A stretch of DNA of 64,000 nucleotides, from assembly GCA_000002445.1 (NCBI GenBank), contig CM000208.1:832001-896000 (forward strand), given 5' to 3'. Under the pieces are notes generated by a model. The model did not search any database. It saw nothing but the letters and a program-made list of their open reading frames with translations, and had not been told where the DNA came from. Positions 1 through 11,340 of the stretch are shown piece after piece (within the stretch, counting starts at the first letter, position 1; each line of letters starts with the position of its first letter). Source of the stretch: Trypanosoma brucei. Taxonomy: Eukaryota. The translations under genes were made by a program, and so were the position numbers.

Positions 1-293
<293 letters not shown>

Positions 294-1667
294 ACCCGCT
301 GTCTTTCTTGACATTAAAAAATAGCGGAGGAAGCAGATCAGAGGATTACAACTATCGTGAATAAAGCCCGGAAGGCAATCGTTGCAACACACACACACAC
401 ACAAGAAAAAAAAACGGATACCGAAGGAAAGTTAAAATTAAGGGATCAACGACATGAACATCAGCCTTGACAAAAGGCATTGAAGTATCGATACGGTGGT
501 GGTGAAGAAAATGGGAGTGGACACTCGACATGTTAAATGGCGAAAGAGGAACAAGCTAAAAAATGCAAAAAAATACGTCGGCGGGCGAATGGTAAGGAAA
601 AATGAGAAAAAAAATGTGGATAACATGAGGTGAAAGACGAAAATCAAAATAACAACAGAATAGTGGTGACGCGCCCCTCTCAACATTTAGAGAGTGCGTC
701 TCGTATTCCTTTTTTTTTCTTTGTTATATATATATATATATATATTATTTTTTTACCCTTTTAGTTTTGTAAGTAACACGTGTGCAGATTCCGCTTTCAT
801 GTTGTAAAGATGTGGAAGAGGAAAAAGGGAAGGAACTACAGACACAAAATATGTAGAAGTTCAGATTTAAAAAAAAAGGAATTCTCTTGTGCATGTGTGC
901 GTGTGACGGGATACCGTGGGGATGCGGCCGCTTCCTTATATTCCCCGTTACATTGTTGTTATCGATAAAATTTCCCCATGTTTGGCGTCTTAAATTATCT
1001 TTGTGTTGGTTTAATTACCATTATTGTTACCACTATTTATTTGGTTATTATTTTTTTTCCACGCAAATTGGGTCAATCGGTGTTCCATAAACAATGCAAA
1101 AAATCCGTCACGTGAGGGGCGCTAAAGGGTGAAGCGGGAATGGGAGGGGAGGGGAGAGCGACACAAAATGACGGTTTGTTTGATTGTAGACAGTTGTTTT
1201 TAGTGTTGTGTGTGAATAAAAAAAGAAGGAGGGCAATCGAAATTTAACATAAGAATAATGATAGTAGTGCAAACAATATATATATATATATATATATATA
1301 AAGTGATTTGTCGTGCGCCCTGAGGGGACATGCCATGTGTACTCTTCCATTTTTTCCTCTTTTCCCTTTGGTCATTATTTTCTTTTTTTTTTGTTTTCTT
1401 GTATTCCTGCTTTTAAGACACATCCACTCACTCTGATACAGACATATCGTACGGCAGTGACTAACAAGGGCAGTCTATTGAGTCGTGGAGTTTCTCGCAC
1501 CAGAGCAGTGCGCGCATTTTTCGGCGCAAGCCTCGTGCGGATTGCATAGCGAGATATCGTGTGGTTGAACGAAACAGCAGTCAGACACACGCACGCACGT
1601 ACGCACTCATACAATTTTATATACCTTTATTCGTCATCTCCATTCACGTTTATAAACCGCAACACTC

Positions 1668-2114
1668 ATGGCGAAAGGCAGAGACAGTACTGCTCATATG
1701 CGTGAATTTATCAAACGCCTCCGAGCCCGTTCCAACGTTTCTGAAAGTCCTCAGCCGCAAGAAGGGGAAGCGCCGCCCCGTTACGCTCGCTCTGCCATTA
1801 CTGGTGAGGTAAGAGTTGTTGGTCAAAAGGGACCTCTCACAACATCGTTTCCATCACCCCACCGCCGACTGTTGAGTCATGTGGAAAATATAACTGCCAC
1901 CACCACCTCGAAGCCCGAAGAACCTCCGCTGCCTCCTGCGCTTCAAATAGTGCCGGATGCCGCGGAATGGGAGCAGAACACCGGGACAAAACAACAAAGT
2001 TGCAGGGAGAAACCCGTAAACCCGGCAGCAAAGTCGGAGCCTCGACATGGTGCGAAAAAAGTCAGCAAATCAGGGAATGCCAGCGATGTATTGGAGAGAC
2101 ACAAGAAGCGATGA
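1668..2114 (+). CDS. hypothetical protein, 148 aa, non-repetitive, basic C-terminus
   Basis: ATG-initiated ORF (atg at 1668) with protein-like composition, lying between two polypyrimidine-rich spacers. No family recognised. Confidence 0.4.
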   Translation: MAKGRDSTAHMREFIKRLRARSNVSESPQPQEGEAPPRYARSAITGEVRVVGQKGPLTTSFPSPHRRLLSHVENITATTTSKPEEPPLPPALQIVPDAAEWEQNTGTKQQSCREKPVNPAAKSEPRHGAKKVSKSGNASDVLERHKKR

Positions 2115-2405
2115 AATGTCTAAGGTTGCAGCAAGCAGGAAAAAGAAGAAAAGAAAAGAGAAGAAAAGACACGAATGTTGCTCCGCGGCGCGAAAGTCTG
2201 AATATGAAACACATCAAGTATCAGAGTGATATCACAAGTTGGCGGAGTCGGGACTATTAAAGCATTGCTCTACATTTTTTCCCCCTCATCCGTGTTGTTG
2301 TGCCCTCGGTATCTTTTATAACCATTAGCGACAATGTGCGCGTGGGGGCAAATGGGTGGAGGGAAAGAACACGAGTATGTATATTTATATTTATTTATTT
2401 TATTG

Positions 2406-2441
<36 letters not shown>
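2406..2441. repeat. (TA)11 followed by (TG)7 microsatellite; further (TA)n tracts at 725-744, 1276-1300, 2990-3006, 4310-4330, 12527-12545, 18307-18320, 22545-22570, 29307-29330, 45652-45670, 46097-46116, 52335-52350
   Basis: Read directly. Nearly every intergenic spacer carries at least one (TA)6-12 tract. Confidence 0.9.
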
Positions 2442-4751
2442 AGGCTTATGTGTGTATATATGCGTGTATATACTCATACGTGTTATTGATAATGATTTTC
2501 CTCTTTTAGTTGTTGCTTTCGCTTAGTGCTGGGTTGGTGGTCAAGGTATTTAACCGTCCGCTCTCGCAGATATTTTTGTTTTTATTTTCAAAGCTGCTAT
2601 GATGTTATTTTTTTTTTTTACCATGTATATATGTATATTTATATCTTCTGTGTTTCTTGCGTCTAAAGCACTCTTTCTCAAACGATATTTTTATTCCCTG
2701 CGCGCATCGTCATTGGTATAATGCTTTCCTTCATTTAGCCTCGGATACTATTGTTTATGAGCACGTGGCAGTATCTTTTTTTTTTTTTACAAAAAGAAAA
2801 AGAAAAAGAGAAAGCAAAGAGATGGTTGGAAGAGAAGGGGAGTAAAAGGGTGTAGAGAGAGAGAAAGAGAGAAATGGACCGAGACTATTAGTTATAATCA
2901 GATGGAGAATTTATTTCATCCTTTTTTTTCTCATTTTTGTACCCCTTCCTGAATGTTATCTTCTAGTCAATGTTTTTTTTTATACAAATATATATATATA
3001 TATATGTATTTATATACGCTTATTTTTACTTTATTTTTCTTTTTGCTAGAATCTTTATTATTATTATTTGTGATTTTATGATGTGTGTCGTTTTTTCTTC
3101 TTTTCTTTTTGCATTTCAGTCGCTATCTTTTCCACGCGGTGGTGTTTGTACATTTTTGTCTGGTGATGCTAAAATACTGAGAATATTTTGTACAACTCGT
3201 CGCCACTCAAAGCTTCATCATGTGTATTGCAATTATTATTTATGCTTTGTCACGCTCTTTTATTATTATTATTCCCACACTATATTAATAAAGAAAAACG
3301 ATTATTTGTTTCTTTTTTTTTAAAAAAAAGCGGAAAAAAAGACAGTTTTTGCGTGCGTTTCCCTTTTTTTTGTTGTTGTTGTTGCTTTGTCATATCATTT
3401 TTTTTGACTACCCTCATTTTTTTTTATTTCTTCTGTTGTATGAGTGAGACAGAGGAGGGTAGTTGTTGCTCTTTTTTGTTTTTTTTCGTTTTCCCTTTCA
3501 CGTGTTGTTATACCTTTCAAGTCCTTTTTTCTTTTTTTTTTTTTAAAGGATAATAAAGGATTTGAGATGATGCTATTTGTATATATTTTCGTATTTGTCT
3601 TCTGTTTTTTTTTCTTTTCAGTTGCTTCAGGGAAGTTCCCCGGATGTGACTGCTGGATTTTCGTCGTAGTCTTTATTATTCCTTTTCCTTTTTCCTCATT
3701 TCCATCCTTCTGTCTCGCAGCATCGGTGATTTAAAAAAAAAAAAGAAATAGCAACCGATAAGTTATGGTGTGAGGGAGATTAGTTAGTGATGGAATGGGG
3801 ACGGGATGTGTTGGAGAAGTGATAATAATAAAAGAAAGAGATTAAATTTAATAAATACAAAAAAAAAAGCGACGGTGCAAGTGTATTCATGTAAAAGTAA
3901 TCCGTATCGCTGTTGGAGACAATATTCTCACCTTTTTTGTCTCCCTTCTTTTTTTTTAAAAAAAAAAACAATATGCTTTAACCATATTCCCACTAAATCA
4001 ATGACTAACTGACTACCTGTTTGTTTCCTCCTCATTTTTGCTATACGCATGTTTCCCTTCTTTTCTTTTCTCTTTTCCTTTCCTTTTTGTTTTGATTTAT
4101 TCTCTACTCACCATTCAGGTTCTTTGCATATAGATGTTCATATAAGGAATCTGATATGTGGTCAGGTAATTTTGACTAATGGTAGTAACATCCACATTTT
4201 ATGGACTCTTTCTTAATTATTTTTTTCTTTAAATAGTTTAACTACTCTGCGAGTGGACATTGCGAGAATTATTGAACCCTTGGCTAATAGATATATATTA
4301 TATGTATAAATAATATATATATATATATAATATATATTCATGTAATTTGTTTCGCCTGTGTGTTGCACTGGTACAGACCACCATAACTGATGTTACTACT
4401 AATGACAGTATTATTGTTGTCTCTACCTGCCACCTTTTTTTCTTTCTTTTTTTTTAAATACATTTTTTTTTTCCTGCACAGTCTTTTGACTCACGCGGAT
4501 ACGTGGTGAGGCATACAAGAGGAAGTTTTTTTTTTTAAAAAAAAGGGAGGAGGAAACTTGGAAGACGAAGGAAGGAGCTAAGAGTAGGCGAGGGAAGTAG
4601 AATTTGAGGCGTGTACGTATATTTGTGTGTGACAATAATAACATCGATATAAAAGGAAAACGAGTTGGAAACGGTTACGAGTAGGTTGACAGGAACAGGC
4701 GGAGGTCAAGTGATTAAGCTGTGTTTTTTTTTTTTTACACGCAACATAATA

Positions 4752-5873
4752 ATGAACAGTAATGCTCCGCTTATCTTTGATGTGCCTCCTGTGTTTAAGG
4801 TGGAGTCCATAATTGGGCAAGGCTCATACGGTGTGGTTTGCAAGGCGTTGTATGGAATTGATCAAATTGCCATCAAGAAAATACCGAACTACACGAAAAG
4901 TGACGAGACCGCGCGGCGTGTGTTACGTGAAATAGAAATTTTACAGAACTTACAGTTCTGCGAGCAGGTCGTAGAGTGCCGACTTCTTTTTCGGCCGACT
5001 AGTCGTGAAAAGGATGTGTATGTCGTAATGAACTTTCTTCCTTCTGACCTCTCCTCCGTTATCAAGAACAAATCCGTCCCGCTCAATGAGAAAATTATCT
5101 GCTACATTACATGTCAACTTTTACTAGCTCTTCGTGCCATGCACCGCTGTAATGTACTTCACCGTGACTTGTCTCCACGTAACATCCTCGTCAATCACGA
5201 TTCGCAGGTATTTGTGTGTGATTTCGGTCTCAGTCGTTTCTTTGATCCCGACGAGCAATTGTCATTTGGTGTTGTAACGCAGTGGTATCGGGCGCCAGAG
5301 ATTATTTTGGATGCCGAGTACGACGCTGCCAATGATATTTGGGGCGTTGGCGTTATCGTGTGTGAGTTGGTGCTCAGACGTCATCTTTTCCCTGGAAAGT
5401 GGAACGACTCTGCGGATCAACTTAATCACATCTTCCACCTTGTTGGCACCCCGCCAGCATCTGTGTTTGAGCAGGGGCAACCGTTTGCTAGGGCTTCTGC
5501 GAATGCAAGAAAATATGCTCTTTCTGTTGTGGAGAAGAAACCGTGCTCTCCGATGTTGCAGGAGTTGCTGAGAAGTTCACCACTTTTTCAGAGCAATGAG
5601 GTGGAGTCGCATTCGGTGATTGACCTTGCCGTAAAGCTTCTTTCATTTAACCCACGTGACAGACCGACAGCTGATGATGCGTTGCGTCACCCATGGTTTG
5701 ATCAGTTTCGCTCCTTCATTGGTGAAATGATTGAGACTCAGGACGGTCACGGTGTGGGGACTATGCAACTTTCAGCCTGTGGTACACTTCCTGTGGAGGA
5801 TGTGGTGAAGAGGATCGAGGAACTCGTTCCAATTTTCTCACAAGACCTACTAGTTAGCGATGATGAGGATTGA
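4752..5873 (+). CDS. CMGC-group (MAPK/CDK-like) serine/threonine protein kinase, 373 aa
   Basis: ORF-track start 4665 is TTG; the first ATG is at 4752 (MNSNAPLIF). Kinase motifs are present: glycine loop GQGSYGVV, catalytic Lys in AIKKI, HRDLSPRNILV, DFGLSR, and activation loop/APE VVTQWYRAPE (MAPK-like WYRAPE). The C-terminus is CMGC-like. Confidence 0.85.
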   Translation: MNSNAPLIFDVPPVFKVESIIGQGSYGVVCKALYGIDQIAIKKIPNYTKSDETARRVLREIEILQNLQFCEQVVECRLLFRPTSREKDVYVVMNFLPSDLSSVIKNKSVPLNEKIICYITCQLLLALRAMHRCNVLHRDLSPRNILVNHDSQVFVCDFGLSRFFDPDEQLSFGVVTQWYRAPEIILDAEYDAANDIWGVGVIVCELVLRRHLFPGKWNDSADQLNHIFHLVGTPPASVFEQGQPFARASANARKYALSVVEKKPCSPMLQELLRSSPLFQSNEVESHSVIDLAVKLLSFNPRDRPTADDALRHPWFDQFRSFIGEMIETQDGHGVGTMQLSACGTLPVEDVVKRIEELVPIFSQDLLVSDDED

Positions 5874-7079
5874 GAAGTGTATTGTGGGTCTTTCGGTACT
5901 ATTACTTTTATTATTTTTATTATTATCATCAATTATTTTTAATGTTTTATTATTCTCGTTTTCCCCCTTTGCTTTGTTTTACTTTACTCTGCTTTGTTCT
6001 GTTCTGTTCTGTTTTATTTTTATTTTTCTTTTTTATCTTTATCTCTGTGTCTGTGCATTTCTTTCTTCTCCATTGTCACGAGAGAACACATGGATATCGG
6101 TCGTTATTTAATAACGCATGTAAAGGGAAGAGATCGCCCCATTTCCCCGAGTTTTATACCCTTTACTGCATGTTTGTTTTCCGTTTTCCCACACCTCTGA
6201 GCGTACCGCCACACGTTCAATTTTTTTCTTTCTTCTCTTCCTCCATCTGAGAAGCCTCCTTATTTTTTTGTTTCTTAAAGAAACCACCACCGAAAGTAAG
6301 ACACAAGAAACAGGAGAGGGAGGAGTGAACAGTAGTTGGCATTTCATGCAAATAAACAAAACAAGGCTTTTCTTTTCTTTTTTTCTTTTCCTTTTCCTTC
6401 AATTTAAAGATAAACAAAAAGCAAAAGATGAGTTTTTTTTTCCTTAAAAAGAAAAAAGAAAAACAACAACAGCTGTACTGAAAAGCAACCTCATTGGTGT
6501 CAGCACTCGCAAGCAGCAGTAATGAGGCTTAACGTGCACACCAGTGGTGATGGCGGAGGTTTTCATTGGATGTTCCATCCTCTTCTGTTTTGTTTTGTTT
6601 TCCGTCTCTGGACTAAAGGAGACTCGATTAAAATTCTTCCTGTCTGCCTTTCTGTCTCTCCCTCTTTTTTTATTATGACATTAAACCACACCGTCAGTAC
6701 ATTTTTGCTTTGTTTTTCCATTCGATGTCTCGTGTCGTTCTGGTCAGCGATTACTTACTTTCTTTCGGATTTTATCTCTTTGTCTCTCCCTTTGTGTGTC
6801 TTTGTGTGTGTGCTTCACGACATTTCCGTATTATTATGCAATTTATTCTATTTAGGGCGCCTGCACTACGCGCACTCCAAACAAAGCAAGTGGGAGGGTA
6901 AAGGTGGTGAGGAGGGGTGGTGGTGAAGGGGAAGGAGAAAAGAAAAAGAAAAGAAAAGAGCAGACATAATAGCGAAAGCAAAAACAGTAACAGCAAATAA
7001 CGATCCATTGTAGGGTTGCTGCAATCTGCGTACAAGTTATATTAGCGTTCAAGCATAGACTGGCAACGTCAGGATCACG

Positions 7080-8003
7080 ATGCGATGTAGTTGCGCTTTT
7101 CTTGATAAGTCCGTGTTTGCGGCGAAGCGGCGTGTAATTGTGCCTATCCACCCGACACCGAACTTTCCTGCACATTTCATCAAATCAGCCTTCACAACAG
7201 ACCCGTTGAAGGAAAAGCAGAAGGCGCGTTTTTCCTCCGGTGGTGAGGCCATGCGTGAGGTTCAGGATATTCCCAAGAACCTCGAGGGTGAGCGATCAAG
7301 GCGGGACCTGGCCAGTCGCGGCGACACCGAGTTCCAAGCTCTTGTGGAATTCATAGAAGGTGCTTCATACGATCAACTTATCTCGGGGCGACGGTTTAAA
7401 AAGGTATATGACGTTTTATCGGAAAATGATGACATGTTCATTTGGTTGTGTCACACGGCAATGTCTGTCCTGAACCCAGGCGACATGCGGTCTCGCTTGA
7501 TATATAACCATCTGCGCATACTGGCAGAATCTGTCGCAAGTGGTGAGATGACTCAACGGACGGCGTTTCGCTTCTTTGAATCGGCAGTGCGCAGCCCAGC
7601 TTACCGTGAAATCGCAAAGCGGCAGCTCGAAGGTGGAGCGGCAACGCGACTCGCTGGCATTTCTGCAGCAGCAGACGTGATGCGACGAATGGGTCTTACA
7701 CGGCGGCCTATGTCATCATACTTTGAGTTGTATCAGCGGATTGTGGAGCGCTCCGAAGCCATGACACCGTGGGGATTTCCTCCATTGTTTCAATTTGAGG
7801 AGCGACTGTCGCTGGAGCCGCGGTTAAAGTTTTTCTCCCGTGCATCGCAACAATCACTTGAGCGGCGGCGGCGGGGGCATGTGATGACACCACACACAGC
7901 ACTTCACGGGCGACGCATATTCTGGATTCCACCCACGTGGAATCGTGCCGGTCGGTTCCTTGGCCCCCATGTGACACTTTACCCGGGAATGACTCCAGAT
8001 TGA
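7080..8003 (+). CDS. hypothetical protein, 307 aa (could alternatively start at internal Met, MREVQD about nt 7250)
   Basis: ATG-initiated long ORF with complex composition in a GC-rich block. Only small antisense shadow ORFs overlap it. Confidence 0.5.
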   Translation: MRCSCAFLDKSVFAAKRRVIVPIHPTPNFPAHFIKSAFTTDPLKEKQKARFSSGGEAMREVQDIPKNLEGERSRRDLASRGDTEFQALVEFIEGASYDQLISGRRFKKVYDVLSENDDMFIWLCHTAMSVLNPGDMRSRLIYNHLRILAESVASGEMTQRTAFRFFESAVRSPAYREIAKRQLEGGAATRLAGISAAADVMRRMGLTRRPMSSYFELYQRIVERSEAMTPWGFPPLFQFEERLSLEPRLKFFSRASQQSLERRRRGHVMTPHTALHGRRIFWIPPTWNRAGRFLGPHVTLYPGMTPD

Positions 8004-8585
8004 AGGTCTTGTATTTGTATTTTCGCAGTGGTGTAGTGGTGGATGTTGTAGGGATGAGAGAGGTGATGCAGGGAAGTGAAACAAAGGCCAATCTGCGTTA
8101 TTGTTGCGCCTTACTCTCACCTGTGAATACTGTTCGGGTTGTTTTTGTTTTGTGAAGCAACACCTTTCAGCACCTATTATTTACCTCCGACCCATTTGGT
8201 GGAACCGGCAGCGGAATGTAACGGCACATTACATTTTTTTGTTTTTGCGCAATCACAAAGGACTTTCTTGTATCTTTCACTGCTTTTCTTTTTTTGGACC
8301 CGACTCTTCTTCTCCCTTACACTCTTTACGATATCTTTTTTTTTTTCGTTTTTCTGGTTTCCGTTCTGTAAATAACCTTCAAATTGACTTTTCGCTAATA
8401 TTGTGCCTTTCAGCTGAGGAAAACCACCGAAAGAAAGGGGAAGGGAGGACACGTCAAGAAGAGAAGAATAGAAGGTAAAGGCTCGTAAAAACAAAGTTGC
8501 AAATAATACATAGCGTGTGACGTAGGCAAGCCGCAGAGTAATCATCGGCGAGTCGCAATCGCACGTTGTTTAAAGAACAAAAAAA

Positions 8586-10697
8586 ATGGGTGGCTGCGTT
8601 GCATCCCTTATTGAGAGCAGAAACACAAAATCTCTTGTCGATAACGATGACATTCTGCAATACAACAAACTGCCATGCCAAATCCGTGTAGTTGCGGGAA
8701 CAGAACGGGAGGATGCATCACCGGTCTACCGTAAGTTTGACGTTACTGATGAGGATTTCGAAAAGATGTCACATGATGCGTACCATGGGGAGCCACTAAT
8801 ACAACTAATCCGTGAGATTTGTGGGCTACGGGGGGAGAAGGTTGCAATGGCCTACCGCAATATGCAGCGGGTAGAGAGAAATGTGGTGAAGGATGCGAGC
8901 GGCAAGTCAAAAACGATGGATATGTATGTTTTCTCACCGGGGCGCCGAAATATAAGCTATAAGCAGCTTTGGGAAACCGTCGAAAATTTTTCTAAAGGTC
9001 TCTGTGAAATTGGGCTTCAGGAGCGACAATGCCTTGCTCTGTTTGAAGAGACGCGTTGGGAGTGGTATGCGTCGTTGCTTTCCGCCTGGTGCCACAACAT
9101 GATTGTGGCAACAGTGTACGCCAATCTGGGTGAGGATGCACTCCGTTACGCGTTAAGGGAAGCTCAATGCGGCTGCATCATCTGTAACGGGAAGAATGTC
9201 CCCGTACTCCTTGACAAAGTGAAGTTGAAAGAAATGGGAAATCCAGTGGTTATTTACTTGGATGATTTACCCACTAACGTAGATATTATGGACCTAAGGG
9301 TGTACAAATGGTCTACCGTGGTGGAGATGGGTGCGAAGAGCGAAAAGGCTCAGTTAAACATCCCAACTTGTGAAAATTGTGATGATACCGCTCTTATCAT
9401 GTACACAAGCGGCACTACGGGGGATCCAAAGGGTGTAGTGCACACACACGGAAGCCTTGCTAGTGGCGTCTATGCGCTCAGCATTCGACTGTCCGAAGTA
9501 TTTGGTGACCCACGAGATGACGAAACGTACTGCTCGTACCTTCCTTTGGCCCACATTATGGAACTGGCTGTGCTGTCAATCCTTATGCTCAGGGGATGCC
9601 TCATTGGTTTCGGTTCTCCTCGAACAATTACCAACACTTTTTCTAAACCACACGGTGATTTGGTCGAATATCGACCGTTTGTTCTCTCTGCTGTCCCGCG
9701 TGTGTTCGATACCATTAAAAAAAATGTTGAGGCAATGCTACCCAGTCCCGGGTCAATAAAGCGTACAGTCTTTGAAAGGGGATATCAGGCCCGTCTCAAG
9801 GCTCTGAGGGATGGGAAGGAGACTCCCTACCTCAATGAAAAAGTTTTCAATAAGGTCCGTCAGGCAACAGGTGGGAATGTGCGGCTTTACTTTTCTGGTG
9901 GGGCGCCACTGTCTCCAGCTACTCAGGAGTTCATCAACGTGGTACTGGGGACTGTTATTCAGGGTTGGGGCCTAACGGAGACTGTGTGTTGTGGAGGGAC
10001 TCAGTTCCCAGGCAGCCTCGAGTCCGAAAGTATTGGTCGGATGATCGACACTGTGGAGTTGCGCCTTCTCGACACTCCCGAATATCGGCATACGGATAAA
10101 CCAGAACCTCGTGGAGAAATTTTGTTGCGCGGGCCATTCCTCTTTAAAGAGTATTACAAACAGAAGGCCCTGACGGAGGAGGTTATTGATTCCGAGGGAT
10201 GGTTCCACACGGGTGATGTTGGCTGCGTTTCGAAAAACGGTACCTTGCGCATCATTGGTCGCGTGAAGGCCCTTGTAAAGAATTCCAACGGCGAGTATTT
10301 GGCTTTGGAGTCCTTGGAGGCCACTTACGGGCAAAACAAGTTGTGCACACCAAACGGCGTGTGTGTGCTCGTTCATCCACAGCGCAGTTATATAGCTGCA
10401 CTGGCCCTCACAACAGAGCAACTTATCATGCCCTTCGCAAAGGAGCATAAAATCCGCGGAACATATCCCGAGATACTCGAAAATGTTGAACTCCGCAAGA
10501 AGGTGTGTGAATCATTTCAAGAAACTGGAAGGGCCGCTGGAAAGAAAAGCTTCGAAATTGTGCGGGACGTGCGCCTACTGAGTGATGAATGGACCCCAGA
10601 AAATGGGGTTCTAACAGCGGCCGCCAAGTTGAAGAGGCGAATCATTGATGAACGTTACAAAGAACTGATCGAAGAGATATTCCGCAATGATGTTTGA
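8586..10697 (+). CDS. ACS: long-chain fatty acyl-CoA synthetase (AMP-binding superfamily), 703 aa
   Basis: Canonical AMP-binding motif I is present (IMYTSGTTGDPKGVVHTH), as is motif II/TGD (GWFHTGDVGCVSKNGTLRIIGRVKALVKNSNGEYLALESLE). Its 703-aa length matches the T. brucei ACS enzymes. The N-terminus MGGCVAS is a putative myristoylation/palmitoylation signal. Confidence 0.9.
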   Translation: MGGCVASLIESRNTKSLVDNDDILQYNKLPCQIRVVAGTEREDASPVYRKFDVTDEDFEKMSHDAYHGEPLIQLIREICGLRGEKVAMAYRNMQRVERNVVKDASGKSKTMDMYVFSPGRRNISYKQLWETVENFSKGLCEIGLQERQCLALFEETRWEWYASLLSAWCHNMIVATVYANLGEDALRYALREAQCGCIICNGKNVPVLLDKVKLKEMGNPVVIYLDDLPTNVDIMDLRVYKWSTVVEMGAKSEKAQLNIPTCENCDDTALIMYTSGTTGDPKGVVHTHGSLASGVYALSIRLSEVFGDPRDDETYCSYLPLAHIMELAVLSILMLRGCLIGFGSPRTITNTFSKPHGDLVEYRPFVLSAVPRVFDTIKKNVEAMLPSPGSIKRTVFERGYQARLKALRDGKETPYLNEKVFNKVRQATGGNVRLYFSGGAPLSPATQEFINVVLGTVIQGWGLTETVCCGGTQFPGSLESESIGRMIDTVELRLLDTPEYRHTDKPEPRGEILLRGPFLFKEYYKQKALTEEVIDSEGWFHTGDVGCVSKNGTLRIIGRVKALVKNSNGEYLALESLEATYGQNKLCTPNGVCVLVHPQRSYIAALALTTEQLIMPFAKEHKIRGTYPEILENVELRKKVCESFQETGRAAGKKSFEIVRDVRLLSDEWTPENGVLTAAAKLKRRIIDERYKELIEEIFRNDV

Positions 10698-11340
10698 TGT
10701 TTTCCTCCTTTTTACTTTTTTTTTGTCACTTCGTTATTTATTTTACGTTTGCGACTTTTCTCACTTCGTTTCTTTGGTCTCATTTTTTTTGTTTTCCCAT
10801 ATTACCTCTCCCTCACCTCTACCAAACTATTCTTTTCCTACCCTTTTTTTCACCTCATCTTTCATTTTCATTCAACTTCATTTTCGCCTTCTCCGAAATC
10901 TACTTTTTTTTCCCCCTCTCTCGTTTCATCGCGTTTTGTTTTTCTCGTCTTTTCGATTATCGTACTTGTACTAATGAGTCAAGTGGTTTGCTGTTACGTT
11001 TCTTTGCATTTGTAAAACCGTGTGTGCGTATGCGATTACCTTCCTACCGTTTCTCCTCCTTCACTGATTCTTCTTTTTTTTTTGTTTCACCCCTTCGATT
11101 CCACCCTTTCACTGTACCAATGCCACACATGTGGTGGCGAGATGCTCATTTTTTCTTTTTTGTTGAGAGTTGTGCCTGTCCCACCCGCGGTTCTATTTTT
11201 TTTTGTTTCTTACCCCCTTTTTTTCTTTTTCTTTATTGCCTTCATTTTTTCGTACCTTTACTTTGATTTTTTTTTCTTCTTTCGGTTACCGACAGGCGGA
11301 AAGTTAACTTTCTTCTCCATTCATCCTTCTGTTTCCCCCC
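10690..11340 (+). repeat. Polypyrimidine (CT-rich, about 85% Y on + strand) low-complexity 3'UTR/intergenic tract, about 650 nt
   Basis: Read directly from the sequence. Similar strand-asymmetric CT tracts occur at 3300-3720, 5880-6260, 6540-6840, 8140-8400 and 45300-45560. They fit + strand polycistronic transcription with trans-splicing/polyadenylation signals. Confidence 0.7.

Noticed and set aside
1800-1820. GTAAGAGT resembling a cis-splicing 5' donor inside ORF 1668-2114
   Set aside because: Trypanosomes have only two known cis-spliced genes. An isolated GTAAGA hexamer is expected by chance, and no branch point or 3' site context supports an intron.
2970-3734. Intergenic + strand ORFs with Phe/Leu/Ile/Cys-rich translations (also 5860-6250, 10694-11378, 45284-45514, 46955-47395 minus, 51069-51671)
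   Set aside because: These are translations of polypyrimidine, T-rich low-complexity spacer. They have no complexity and no plausible start context, and they are not genes.
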